From the NCBI RefSeq assembly GCF_018350175.1, contig NC_058382.1, positions 60,204,001 to 60,268,000 on the forward strand: DNA of 64,000 nucleotides. Reading direction: 5' to 3'. Origin of the DNA: Felis catus. Taxonomy: Eukaryota. A program made the translations under genes and the position numbers. Below, in pieces: positions 11,228 through 23,880 of this stretch; within the stretch, counting starts at the first letter, position 1, and each line of letters begins with the position of its first letter. The notes beneath the pieces were generated by a model. It searched no databases. It saw only the letters and a program-made list of their open reading frames with translations, and was not told the DNA's origin.

Positions 11228-12385
11228 TCTCTAAGTCACTTCTAATTTGCTATATTCCCTCCTGGTCTCCCAGCCCCCGAGGAAGGCGCTCACACCGTTT
11301 TGCTGCTGTGTAGTGCACGTGCTGTGGGCCACGGCGTCCCTCCTCGCCCCTCGACGGCCGTCGGCTCGGGTGGGCGTCCATACAGCCGGCCCCGCCCTTG
11401 CTCCCGCCCTGCGGACTTGGGTCCCGTGTGGGGCGAACCGGCACACACAGAGGTGGGGCCCGCCGCTTACGAGCTGTCGCAGCGCAGGGGGGCGTGAGCT
11501 GCGAGGAGGCGCCAGACCCGTCGTCGGCACAACCGGAGAAGCGTCACAGGATCCCACGGGGGCGCCGGACTCTCCTCTCGAGCTGTGCGGTGTGACGCGG
11601 TGGGGAAACTGAGAGCAGAGGCCACGGGTCTGCATCCCTCGGGCCCAGGAGGGGGTCACGGCCGTCGGAAGTACCACGCGGTCCCGAAATGCCGAGCGGG
11701 GTCCTCCGGAGGGAGCACGTGCAGACGCAGGAGAGCTGTGCCCGCTGGACACGGCACGCTGGTGACAGCCACGTCCTGGGACCACCTGTGGCTGACGTGG
11801 AGTGCGGGGCCTGGTGAGGACGTGTCCCCCAGGCCTTGACTGTTAGCTTTTTTTTTTTTTTTCCAATAAGATAAAAAAGGAAATTCATGGAGCAAAAAAG
11901 TCCTCTAGTTGTCATGATGTTTATAAACACGATGGGTATTTGGACATTTCATGTTACCCAACGACAAACGCAAACAAGGAAGGAAAGATCTGATTTGTCC
12001 GGAGTGACTCGGTTACTTGAGACGGAGAAACGCCCCCACCCTGTAGCTCATCAGCGGTTCTGAGAACTGGGGCCGAGGATCGTGGTCGGCCTGGAAAGCC
12101 CACGTGGGCCCTTGGCCTGGCTCCTTCGGTTGCTTAGCAACACCCGAAACTGTGGAAACTCGAGCTGCCGGGGTTTGAAAGCGCGTGCGCCTGCGCGTGT
12201 CCCGGATGGAACCCTGAACTGGAATTGGCCGTGGTCGCCCCTGCTCTCCGCCAGCCTCGCCCCGTGGCACCCCCGCCCTGCCTGGGGCCGTGGCTCGTCA
12301 ACCACGGTCCTTGAAAAGTCCCCGGAGACACGGCCCGTGCGGGAGGCCTGCCTCCAGGTACCCGTGTTCAAAGTGCATCTGTGAA

Positions 12386-12510
12386 GGCGCCTGGCTGGCT
12401 CAGCGGGTTGAGCGTCTGGCTCTTGATTCCGGCTCAGGTCACATCTCCCGGTTCGTGGGTTCGAGCACGGAGCCCGCCTGGGATTCTCTCCCTCCGTCTG
12501 TCTGTCCCAC
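12386..12510 (+). mobile_element. Can-SINE, partial
   Basis: ggcgcctggctggctcagcgggttgagcgtc…ggttcgtgggttcgagc…tgggattctctc. Confidence 0.85.
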
Positions 12511-12696
12511 CGCCCATTCTAGCGTCTTGTATGTGGATGGCAGCGCTGTGATCGTTCACCGCGTTGCTTTTAGCAAACAGCTAACAGATGCTTCCGTGCA
12601 CCCCCCGGGGTTCTCTGAACGTGCCCCGTAACTGGACCCGCTGTTCAGGGGGAGTAGAGTCTTCATTCTGGCAACTTCTGTTTTCCGGTTTTGTTT

Positions 12697-12915
12697 CGTT
12701 TTTTTTTCCTTTCTAATGTTCATTTGTTTTTGAGAGCACGGGAGTGGGGGAGGGGACCAAGAGAGGGGGCACAGAGGATCTGAAGCGGGCTCTGCGCTCA
12801 CAGCGGAGAGCCAGACGTGGGGCTCGAGCTCACGAACCGTGAGACCACGACCTGAGCCAAAGTCGGACGCTGAGCCGACTGAGCCCCCCCCCCCCCCCGC
12901 CCCTCCAGGCGCCCC
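12697..12915 (-). mobile_element. Can-SINE with a poly-C expansion in the head
   Basis: tttgagagcacg…cagaggatctgaagcgggctctgcgct…gacctgagccaaagtcggacgct…gactgagc(C)n…ccaggcgcccc. Confidence 0.9.
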
Positions 12916-13471
12916 TCCTCCGGCCACTTCTAAATTGAACTTCACTTCGTGAGAAACCGAGGCCAGTGTCGGGTGGGGAACACGTTCGTCCGGGCGTACT
13001 CGAGTGACCACAACGAGAACGCAGAACTTGCTTCAAGTGACAAAGTTGGGGGGCCCTGGAAACCCGGAGAACACTTTCTTGACTAAGCAAGGCTTGCGTA
13101 AAGGATGTGCTTCTGCAGAGGGGCTAACGTTCCCGCACCAGCCGTAGATTTTTCTCCATTCCCTCACGCGGCGAAAATTTTAAAAAAATTAAAATTCCTG
13201 CCTCCCCCGCCCTCGGGAGGCCGGGAAGCGGGGTGAGCCCGATGGAGAGCCGACTCGAGAGAGAGCAGGGGCTGGGGGCGGAGGGGCGGGGGGACGGCGG
13301 GGAGGCAGTTGTGCGGAGGAGGTCAGGCCTTCCTTCCAGAACGTTGACGGGAGACAACTCTGAGAAATGCAGCAAAGGGAGAGCTCATTGTAGAACGCGT
13401 CGAAAAAATACCACCGTTTGGCTACAATCTGCACCGGGCGCTGCTTTGCGCCACAGCCAACGTGAGACCCT

Positions 13472-13486
13472 CCGCTAGGGGGCGCC
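13472..13486 (+). promoter_or_regulatory. CTCF core motif inside a CpG-rich element
   Basis: CCGCTAGGGGGCGCC matches the CTCF core CC(A/G)C(C/T)AG(A/G)(G/T)GGCGC. Confidence 0.6.
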
Positions 13487-14879
13487 GGCGGTGGAAACGG
13501 TGCGCAGCCGGGAGGACCGCAGGCGGGCGCTCCGGAGTCCGAGGGGCTTCCCGACATCCCCCTGTGGCGTTCCCTCACGTGGGGGTGGGGACGTGGCTGC
13601 TTCTCACGCCGGGTGCCGGCCGGAACCGCGGCCTGGGCAGCTGGGGACCCCGGCCGTCCCCGGGGCGCGGCCGAGCTCCGCCTGGCCCGCCGACTCCCTC
13701 CCCGTCGCAATCTGCCCCGCGGGTTCCCCCCCGCTCCCGTCTGTGGCCGGTGCCAGCCGCGACTGAGTCACAGCGAGCAGGGGCGCCCTCGGAAATACTT
13801 CATCCTGACGTCTGTGCTCATGTGTTTTATCGGGAAAAAAAATCATTAACCTCTACCTGGGTCTCTGGGTGAATTTGGGGTTTCTTTTTGTTTTTGCTTT
13901 TGTTTTTTTTACCGCAAGAATTACTTAGCAGTTGGTAAACCCCTTCTCTCCTTTGAAAACAGCTTCGCGTGCAGAGGAGCCTCTCTTGCCGGGAATTCTG
14001 AGATGCTCTAGAGGCACACGGGGCACTGGGAGCCCTTCCATGACTGTGGCCACCCGCTACGTGTTTCTTCACAAACGTCGGTCTGATGAGTTGCCAGACT
14101 CGAACCGTTTGGGTTTCCAGTGGTGATGTTGGACCGGGGGCAAGTTTCTGTCCAGGGGATTTGCTCCAAATGCTGCTGCTTCCATGCTGCTTCCGAGAAG
14201 GCGGGATCCCGGGGCCGTGCGTGTCCCCCGCGGCGCTGACCTGGCCTGGGGTCTGCCGCCGTTACTGACATCCACGCCAGGTTCGGGATGGTGTGAAGGG
14301 GGTCCCTCCCTGCCAGAGGGCACTTCGTTCTGGAACCTCTGCTGCTCCTGCCAGGCAGGTCGGCAGGGCCCGGGGGGGGGGGGGGGGGGGGGGGGGGGGA
14401 GAAGAGGCCCGTGCGCGGTCCAGGGAGGCGCCTTCAGAAACCCCCCCGAGCCGAGGACGAGGGGGCACAGCGGGGGTGACTGAAGTGTGGCTCGACCCCA
14501 GCGCTCTCCAGATGGAGTTTCTCTTGTCGTCACGGGGGGAGGTGCTGGGGTTCCACCGTGCACGCTTGGCCAAAACTCCCTCCCCAGCCCCTTTGCGCAT
14601 AAATCAGGAGGTCAGCGTCGGTGGTTCCCCGCATCTCACGCGATGCCGACATCCCGGAGTGGGTGAGATCCCTGGTGTTTTGCACGGAAAAAGCAAATGC
14701 GAAGATGAGGGGGAGCTTTCCTGTTGCCCCGGGGATTTTTCTCCAAGTGGGGCAGAAAGATGTGCCCCCCCCCGACCCCCCTGCACAGGGCGAGGGGGAT
14801 CTCCCTGTTTGCTTGTTGGATGGGCGAGCTGCGTGCACCTAGAGGGGCCGCCGCCGTCCTTGAGGTCCCCGACACACAG

Positions 14880-15150
14880 GGTCATCTCGGGCTGCCACGG
14901 CACAACACCACAGTGGGGTTTAAACGACAATTACTCTCTTCTGATCCGGGGCCCGGAAGTGTGAGAGTAGGGTGCCGGCCGAGGTATGTTCCAGCCGAGG
15001 CCTCTCTGACCGTCTCCTCTGTGCGAGCCCAGATGGAGTCTCTCCCGGAAAGGCCCCCAGTCCTGCTGGACCTCACGTGACCATCACCTCCCCGAAGGCC
15101 CCGCCTGCAAACGCTGTCATGTTGGGGGTCAGGGCCGCACACGTTCGGTC
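14880..15150 (-). mobile_element. MaLR solo LTR (MLT1A/MST-like)
   Basis: ctcgggctgcc…acaacaccacag…gtttaaacgac…gaggcctctct…cacctccccgaaggccccgcctgcaaacgctgtcatgttgggggtcagg. Confidence 0.7.
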
Positions 15151-17489
15151 CCCAACGATGCGCGAGCCTGCGTCTTCATCATTCTGGTCCCCTCTGTCCC
15201 CCCCAGGGCCTTTCCACTCTTCTGAACATCTTTACAAAATGCCAGGTTCTTACCACCGAGCTGGCCTGCGGGGACAGACAGACAGGGGCCTCTTTCCCTT
15301 TGGTCTGAGGAGATGACATCTGGTGGGAACCAGGAGGCCCCGCCACCTGTCATCTCGAGGACGTCAGGCCCTCAGAAGAGACAGCACGCGTGTGACCGTG
15401 TGGGTCACGGAGCGGGTCGTAGGCGCCAGCCTCTCACGCACGTCTGGCCGGACACCGTCCACGCCTGCACAGACACGGGGGGCACGGGTTTCGGTTTTGT
15501 ACCAGGGGCTTGGATTGCACGCCCTGACCCACAGCCGCGGCTTCGCTCAGCCTATCCCGCGTGGCTCCATTTCTGTGCGTCCGGCCCGGCCTCCTTCCTT
15601 CGCACGGCAGCGTGTGTCCCACAGGGAGGAGGAACCCCGCCGGCTGTGACCTGCCCCTGCCGATCACCCTCAAGGGATTCTGGGATTTCGCTGTTTCCGG
15701 CGACATTGTGCTCATCTCCTCGTACGCACTCGCGCTCCTTAAACATGGGCGCGTCGAGTCAGGCATGCAGGTGCGTCTCCGCTTCTGGCGACGTCCTGTA
15801 TTAACGTTCCTCCTTATCCGTGTTAATCTGACGGGCACACGGGGCCCTTCCTGGTCTTAGTTAGTTTCCTGGCAGTTCTGACGCCGAGAGGAGACCGAGT
15901 CCTTGGTGACGGGAAGGCCACCTGTTCCGCTGAGGGGCGCAGAGTGGGTGGTCTGGCCCTGCGTGCCTGCAGCCACGACTCCTGGCCTCCCCAGCTTTGC
16001 TCTCCTCCCTGCTTGTCAGACCAGTGAGCTGGGCCAGGCGGGAAGAACTGGGGGCCCTGAGTCAGAGAGGGAGGACCTGTACCAGGGTGCTTGGCCACCA
16101 GTGGGGGCTGGGCACCGGCAGGCGTGGGGAGCACCCCCCCCCCACCGGCAGGCACGGCGCTGTGAGGGACGCGGGAGAGCCCAAAAATGCCCGCGCTTGC
16201 AGCGAGCGCCCCTTTCCCAGACCCGTCGTGGAGCGAGTGTGGCCAGAGCGAGAGCCGCCCTCCCCGGTTCAGCGCGACGTGGCGTGGGGCAGGGCGCCAC
16301 GGTCAGCGGCGTCTGGAACGCGGTCGTGCGGCACGGAGGGTCTGACGGGGCCACGCTCGGAGCACGACGGATGGAGCAGACTGCCGATGCCGCCGGCGTG
16401 GAAATGGGAGAGGCCACCGGGAGCAGTGATCTCTGAACTCGGTGTCCCCAGAGGGGAGGTGGGACGCAAAGCACGGAGAAAGCAGCCGGTGGTTCCCCAG
16501 AGCCTCTTCGGTCAGGAGCTGTCGACAAGCACACCTCGACTTGCCCTGGCTGGTTTTGCTGTTCCGTTTTCCCGTCCGTTATCTGAACCCCGGACGTTGC
16601 CGAGCCCGTGCCGCGCATCAGCGGTGGAGGCTGGAGACTCCTCCCTGAGACGTGCGCTCGCGTGACGGCCCGCTGCCCGCTGTTTTGCAAGAAGACGCTA
16701 GAAGAACGTACTTGCGGAAAGACCGTCGCGTTCACCTCTGTATTTTCCACAGTTGCTCGGCGCCCGCCGCACAGCGGGGCCACGAGAGCTGTCTGCGCCG
16801 GGGCCCCCGTCAGGCGCACCCTCGGCTGACTCCCCACGTCCTCCGACTGCCTTCATCTGACACACCCCACACCTGCTTGCGTGGAACGGAATACAGAACC
16901 TTCGAGGCGATGCCGAGCAGGACACGGGAACTCCGTCCCCGTCCCCTCCCCGCCAACTGCCGTTGGTCTGTTCACGGGAGGGTGGACTGTCCCCCGGCTC
17001 CATCCTTCGCTGGCCCTGGGCGTCTGCCTTCAGTGTCAAGACCTAGCGTCGGGCTGTGTCCTCGGCCACGCTTGCTCTGAAACGGCAGTAGACGGGACCA
17101 CGTGGCCGTGCCTGCACCTGCTGACGTGAAGTCTCGCGTGTCGGATGCAAGTCCGCGGCACTGAATCGGGCGAGGAAGAATAAGACGTCAGGGGCCTCCT
17201 GTTTCCAACGGGGGGCGCGTGGACCTCGTCGGTGAGCATCGCAGCCGGGTCTGTGTGGCGCGTGAGGCGGGGTGGGTCCGTAGGATCACGGACCCCGAAG
17301 GGAGTAGCTTCCGAAGTGAGCCCTGAAGGGGGCCCGGGAGGAACCGAGCAGAGCCCAGAGCGGGTGGAGAGCCGCTAATGAAATGGTCCAAAGTCACCGT
17401 AGCGGTAACTGCCGTCGCCTACTCTGCGTGCGTCACGGGCCACGTTTGCGTTTGCTCGTCTCATCTATGCGACAGCCCCACCATCTATG

Positions 17490-17665
17490 ACTCGTTAAAC
17501 TCGAATAAAAATTAGCATTCCTAGAAAAGACAACCCAGGTTTTTAAACCAGCAAAGACTGAATGGGCACGTGATAAAAATCTCCACGTGGCCAATAACCA
17601 CGAAGAGGGACTCGAGGTCATTAGTCATTAGGGAGCCACAAGCGTAAACCACAACAGGTGTGAGA
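17490..17665 (+). mobile_element. L1M ORF2 3'-terminal fragment
   Basis: acaacccagg…gcaaagactgaatgggcac…tggccaataaccac…tcattagtcattagggag…taaaccacaac. Confidence 0.65.
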
Positions 17666-18744
17666 AACCGTCACCCGAGTGGCCAGAACATCGGTCATTT
17701 CCATCTGGAAACGTCATTTGATTTATCTTCTGGCTCATGAAGTCCTTCTTCAGTGAGGTCTAATGATCAAATTCTGGATTCCAGTTTTTACATTTCTCAG
17801 TTCCAGAATCCTCCCTGGCTCCTTGTTAAGTGCTGCCACGGTGCCGAAACGCTCAGTCTTGTCTTTTCTGCCCTTGAAGTCCACCACCGCCTTCCACGGC
17901 CCCGTTTCTGTTGCGAGGAAGCAGCCTCCCCCCGCCACCCCCCTCCCCGGGAACGTACGGAGAAGCCCGCAGCCAGAACCGAAGCCGTTGTTCGGACATT
18001 TGAGACCCCAAACTCCCCCCCTGCTTCCACGGAGAGACACTTGGGGAAGAGCAGGCGTGGAACCGTGTGCTGCGTCGTGGCTGCCCGTGCCCGTGGCCCG
18101 CATCCGGTCTTCACGGCCCCGGGTCAGTGTCGGCACCAGCCACATCCCACTGCTGAGGAGGGAGGCTCGCGGGGAAGGACCCACGTGCTGCTTCCCTGAG
18201 TTTGCAAGAGCCGGTCAGGACCCTGGTGATGCGCGGTCCCCCAGGGCTGCCCTGCTCCCGTCTGCCTCGCCCGCCTCCGCGTCGCGGGAGCGGCGTTGGG
18301 CTGCGTTGCGGGTAGCCCGTCAGCGCTGGTCAGAGGCACGAACGAATGAACGAAGGAATGAATGAAACGGCACAGCGGGAACCTGAAACCTCGTCTCCTT
18401 GCAACCTGTGCGCTGGCTTCTCCCACCGTGACTCCCCCCGCACAAGGACCGGCGGACGAGTCCTTCTGGGCGGTTTTATGAGGATGGGAGGGACACGAGC
18501 AGTGCCACGAAGAGGCACGAATTCTGTGGGCGCGGTGAAAATGTGGATTCTGACGAGCGGGTCTGGGGGGACCTGCGATGCCGCGCCCCTCGCGGTGATG
18601 CCCGTGCTGCTGGCTCACAGGCGGCGCTGCGAAGGGTGTGGGTGACGAGGGCATCCAGGGTTGGGGACGATGCCCGTGGGAAGTGTGTGCCCGGCGGGGA
18701 GGTGGGGGGGTGGGGCGGGGCGCACCACGGCCCTGAGCTCAGGT

Positions 18745-19905
18745 GTTTTTAACGTGGCTTTATTGAGATAAAACTCACCTACTGTTCAATCTGTTTGAAG
18801 GCACAGTTCGGTTTTCAGTGTGTTCACGGCGTTGTGCGAATACCACCTGTGGTTCATTTTAGAACATTTTCGTCACCCCAGAAGGAAACCCCGTGCCCAG
18901 TGTCTGTCACCCCCGATTCCCCTCCCGCAGCCCCTGCAAACTGCGAATCTCCCTCTGTCTCATTTCACATAAATGGGACTGCGCACCATCGGCCTGTGGC
19001 GACCGGCTCCCTTCCGTCGGCCTCACGTTTCCATGGCCCGTGAAGGCTTCATCTGGGTGCGGGTCTGACCCCAGCACACGGCGCGGGCGCCGTTTACCCG
19101 TTAGTTCGGTGGACGCTTCTGTTTCCAGGTTTGGGCTGGGGTGAATAATGCTGCACCGGTCACGTGGACACGTGTCTTCATTTCTCTTGGGCGCACGTCC
19201 GTCTAGGAGCGGAGCTGCAGGGTCACGTGGTGACCGTGTCCCGTGTTTGGAGGGGACGTCCCCTCCTTTCCGTCCCCACTGGCACCGAGTGAGGGTTCTG
19301 GTTCCCCGTCCTACAGACACGACCGTCTGTCCTTCGACAGGAGCCGCTGTAACGAGTCGGAAGCGTCTCTCGCGGTTTTGGTTTGCATTTCCCAGTCGCT
19401 AATGGTGGGGGATCTTTCCCCTGTGCCCGTGTAAACGTCTCCTTCGTCTTTTTCATCGTGGACTCGCGGGATTTCTTCATACGCTGTGAATACAAGTCCC
19501 CTGTCGGGGAGACGATTTGCAAGTATTTTCTCATTCTGTGTCTTTTCGCTTTCTTGATGGTGTCCAAAATCTGGCATTTTGACCCGGTTCAACGTGCGTA
19601 TTTTAAAAACCTTTTCTCGCTTAGCTTTTGATGTCACGTCTGAGAGAGACCGCTGCCCAACCCAGGCTCGCGACGGTTTGCGACCTCATCTTCCGAGGTC
19701 TGTGGTTGAGCTCTCGTGTGTAGGTCTCGGAGCCTCGTTGAGTTCATCTTTGCCGTTCTGCGCCCCCCCCCCCGCCACCCCCCGCATCATTCTCCGGCAC
19801 CTGGGTGTCCCGCCGTCAGCTCCACCTGCCGAAGAGACCGTCCTTCCCCCACCGAGCAGCCGTGGCGTCCTCGTCGAGAATCAGGTTGCGCGCACGTGCG
19901 AGGGC
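18745..19905 (-). mobile_element. L1MB/ME 3' end and ORF2 tail, GC-shifted
   Basis: ctttattgagataaaactcac…ttttagaacattttcgtcaccccagaaggaaacccc…gtttccaggtttgggct…ggttttggtttgcatttccc…gatttgcaagtattttctc. Confidence 0.85.
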
Positions 19906-21714
19906 TCAGGGGGCAGATTCTCGCAGTCGGGGCAAAGACGAAGGCCTGCGTCGTCCTGCCGTCGTGAGGGCTCCGTGGCATAGTCGGCGAGAGGAGGGCG
20001 CGGGGGCCGGCGGGGGCTCGGGGAGGCTGTGCCCCCGCGGAACACGCTGCTGCAGAGGCGCGGCCGGAGCCGAGGCTCCCACAGCCGTCTCGTTGCCGTG
20101 CCAACACGACCTGGCCCGCGCACCGCCAACCTGGCGGGCAGGGATGGAAAGAATGACTCCGTCCTTTCACGGAGAGGGACGATGATCTCAGGTGAGGGGC
20201 CGGGATTTGGAACCAGATGTCCTTGGTAACAAAGACTCGGGGAAAACGTGGCCCCGGCGGTGTTTCCAGGGCGGCCGCTTCACCCCTGCTTTCCCCCGGG
20301 CCCGGCAGCCGCAGGAGGCGTTTCTTCCCTGCGCGGGGCTGGCCCGGCCTCCAGGCTTCCCGAATCGCTCCAGGCGGCCGGCCGGGGGCTGCCGCCAAGA
20401 ACCCCCCACCCCACGGGCCTCCCCGGCAGTTTCCCAAAGGCCCGGCGTTCGGAATCCTTCCCGCCAGAATGTTCCGTGCTCCTGCTGGGTTCTGCGGGCC
20501 GCCTCCTGGCGCGAAGTGGGCGCCGTGTCGTGTCACGCGGGGACCTCGTGCAGCTGGCTCAGGGAGGACCCGCTCGCCGCTGCTTCGCACGCTCCAGGAA
20601 CCTCGTCGGTGCCACGTCCGACTTCCTGTGCGAGATCCCGACGAGGGTTACTCTTCCGTCTCAGCGGTGGCTCACGGGGCGGCCGTCCCTTGTCCCCGTG
20701 GTCCCCCACCACTCCCACCGAGAGCCGGTGCTGTACCCTCGGGGGCGGGCAGTGCCCGTCTCTCAGGGGCTCCCGAGGCCTCAAAACCACACCGGGCAGA
20801 CCCTCTCGGGAGCCAAAACTGCCACGGCGGGTAGGCGCTGCCGGGAGAGGCTGATTTGGTCCACCGCGGGGCCGGCGAAGCGATGCCCGGGCCCTCCCTC
20901 TGGGCCGCCCTCCTCTACCGGAGCCCCCCCCCAGTGCTGCTGCAGAGGTCTTGTCCGCCCCCGCCTTCTGAGACACCGCCCCCTCCAGCCCCTACGTTGT
21001 ATCCCCTGGTTCTCTGTCGTCACGAGGCGACTGTGCATCCCCACGAGGGCAGGGACGGCCAGCCTGGTCACCGCGGAGCGCCGGCAGCCGTGGGCACTCG
21101 CGGGGCCTTGCCGAAAGCTGGTCAGGGTGAGGTCCGGCCCCTTGGACCCAGGTCTTCCCGCTCATTCTCCCTCTCTCCCTCCGCCAGCACCGACTTTTCT
21201 CGCATCTCCCTCGCCTGCTTAGAGAGGCGCCTGGCTCCTCCTGCCTCCAGGATAACACGCAAGACTTCCTGTTGTCTCTCCCCCAGCCTGTCTCCATCCC
21301 TGGGAGCCAGTCCTGCCGCACGTCCAGGGGTTTTGTCCCCCACTCCCCTGCAGGTGCCCCCCTCCTGCCCTGCCCGGAGGAGGACCCCAGAGCCAGCATC
21401 CTGGTCCCTGGTCCCTGGTCCTCAGACCGCCTCGGGCGGCATGGGCTGGAGCCGAGGGAGAGGACGCCTCGCGGGGGCACCGCGGCTGCGGGGATCTGTG
21501 GGAAGGAGGGGGACGGCACCGCCTGCACGTGCCCGGCAGTGCCTGGCCTTCGGGGTGGCCCTGGGCGGGCCATCCTCGTCGTCCTGGCACGTGGAGGGGG
21601 CATGGGCTTGTCCACGCCTGTGCCCGGAGCCCCCGGTGGACAGGCGTGCTCAGTGTGCTGCTGGGCCCTCGCACGAGGAGGACCGGAGGACCGTCTGGAT
21701 GGCCGTGGAATCAC

Positions 21715-21975
21715 GGCGGGGACCGGGGGAGGGCCGGGGGGGGGAGAGCAGTGTGTGGGGGGAAGCAGCAGGGGCCCGTGGTGGGAAGAGCAGCGGGGAG
21801 AGGGTAGGGCTGGGAGAGGGAGTGTGGCGGGGGGGGGGGGGGAGACGGGGGTGGGGGGGGAGAGGGGTGCGGGGGGAGGGACCTGGGGGGGTGGGTAAGG
21901 CCTGGGGAGGGGGTGGGGGAATGGGGGGGGATGCGGGGGGAGGGAGCGCGGTGGGTGGGGGGCGGGGGAGGGAGC
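21715..21975 (+). repeat. G-rich low-complexity tract (potential G-quadruplexes)
   Basis: Many runs of 3-14 G with short loops. Confidence 0.8.
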
Positions 21976-22659
21976 ACGGCTTCCCCCCACGTGACTCTGG
22001 CGCCCAGAACCGCTTCTGAAGTGGGAGCAGCCGCTGAGGCTGTGTCAGGACTTCGATATCCTTCGAACTAGAGCTGTGTTTTGTCAAAACCTCTAAATAT
22101 TTAACCTAACGGGCTTATCATAATTTAAAGTTATTTGCCATATTCTAGGGGAGGTTCTAAGTTTCCTCTTGTGCAAGAGCTTTGTCTTCGTAGACACGCA
22201 GCCAGTGGGCTCCGTGCCGTGTCGCGGGTGGTGGGGGCCGGGCTGTTGTCCCCTGGAGCCAGGACGGCCCCCCTTTCCCCCCCCCAGCCCCTGTGTGATG
22301 GTGGAGGGGCCGTGCCCCTGGGGTTCTGCCCCCACTGTGGCCTGGGCCACCTTGGGTAACACGTTTTCCTTCTTTGTGACTCAGTTTCCTCAAGTGTGCC
22401 TTCTTGGTGTTTCCCGCATCCGACGTGGATGGTTTTACGTGGCAGCCTCCAGACGCCTTAGATCCCATAGAGAGGGACTCAGGTTCCGTTCTTTCTAGCA
22501 CCGCGTTTGTGACCAGGCGCGAGTCTCGGTGGGGTGTTGACTAGTTTTCTTAGCACTCCCTCGTCTCCCTTTTAGACAAACACAACAAACATCAGGCCCC
22601 AAGACTGGTGGGCAGGAGAATCCAGCTAGAACGTAAGGATGTTAAAAGTGGATTTATAT

Positions 22660-22885
22660 TTTTAAAGATTTTTGTAATGTTTGTTTTTTGAGAGAGAGAG
22701 AGAGAGAGAGAGACAGAGCGCAAGCGGGGGAGGAACAGAGAGGGAGGAAGACACAGAATGTGAAGCAGGCTCCCGGCTCCGAGCTGTCAGCACAGAGCCC
22801 GAAGTGGGGCTTGAACCCACCAACTGTGAGATCGTGACCTGAGCCAAAGTCAGATGCTTAACTGACTGAGCCCCCCAGGCGCCCC
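22660..22885 (-). mobile_element. Can-SINE (SINEC_Fc-like)
   Basis: (GA)n, cagaatgtgaagcaggctcccggctccgagctgtcagcacagagccc, gagccccccaggcgcccc. Confidence 0.95.
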
Positions 22886-23059
22886 AAAAATGAATTGATT
22901 TTTAAGGCCCGGAGCCTGCTGCCCTGCCAGCCTCTGGTTCCCTGACACCGTGCTGTCCCCCTGAGCACCGGGGACGTGGCTGAGGGACGCACGGAGCCCG
23001 CAGGCCGCCAGCCGACAGGGGCAGTGGGGAGCATGGGAAGTAGAAGGGCTCTTGTTGAT

Positions 23060-23880
23060 TCGACTTAAAAGTTCCACAGTGAAGGTACAGTGATTTATTT
23101 TTGCATTGATGACACCAGTTCAGGTGTTGGTGGAGCACGCATCGGGGTGAAGACAGTATTTGTGCTAAACTGAGCGTCCGCGGGCAGAAATCCGCATGGG
23201 ATGGGCACGCTGCCCATCGGCGGTGATCATGTGGGACCTTCTCATAGTCCCGCGGGCAGCCCAGGTGGTCACAGTGTGTCCCTATTCGTCCAGTAACTGG
23301 ACCACAAAACCTGTGTGGTGAAGGCTGGATTAAAAGACAAAACCCCACAGGCGGTCCAGGCTTCTGTCTTCGACCTGACATCAGTCTCGCATCAAAGAGG
23401 CCCAGCGCCGCATAGCATTGCTTCGTAAATGAGTCCTTTACGTTTTGGTTGCATTTTATTCCAATCCACCGGAAACGTCAAAGTTTTCCACGAATGTAGC
23501 GCCAGAAAGCTGCCCTTCCGTGGAGCTTTCGGCGCGGCTCAGTTATCGCCGAGAAAGCGTGCTCACGGAAGGCGCCGGAATGCTTTTCCGAAAAGGAAGG
23601 GGGGCTGCAGACGGAGGCCGGCCGGGTGAGCCCCGCGCCCTGACGCCACTTTGGAAGGATCTTCTGACGAAGGCCACATTCACACCGGATGCATTTATGT
23701 TCTGTACCCAACTGGAGTGTAACAGACACAGTCTAGACTTCAAAGCATTTGAATTTGGTGAAACATTCAGAAGGATCCGCAGGACAACTTGTTTGACGAG
23801 TTTGGGTCTATAAAATATTTGCTGCCCGGTTCTCTGCATGCAGAACAGACTCGCTGCCCACCCTGACGTCCAGACGTCTC
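23060..23880 (-). mobile_element. Decayed non-LTR retrotransposon RT remnant, RTE/RTE-X (L4/MamRTE-like)
   Basis: Manual minus-strand translation across frameshifts and stops gives, in the expected order, CREPGSKYFID, GLRQKILP, RKSIPA…LSRAESSTEGQL, LE*NATKT* and QVE…LWGFVF*SSL. Confidence 0.6.

Noticed and set aside
19787..22087. Overlapping 200-390-aa ORFs on both strands
   Set aside because: Expected from stop-codon scarcity at very high GC; no domain-like sequence
22902..23735. Nearly open Cys/His-rich minus frame (zinc-finger, DHHC or hAT/ZMYM-like?)
   Set aside because: No correct C2H2 or DHHC spacing; ordered RT motifs, mostly in the other minus frames, explain the region better
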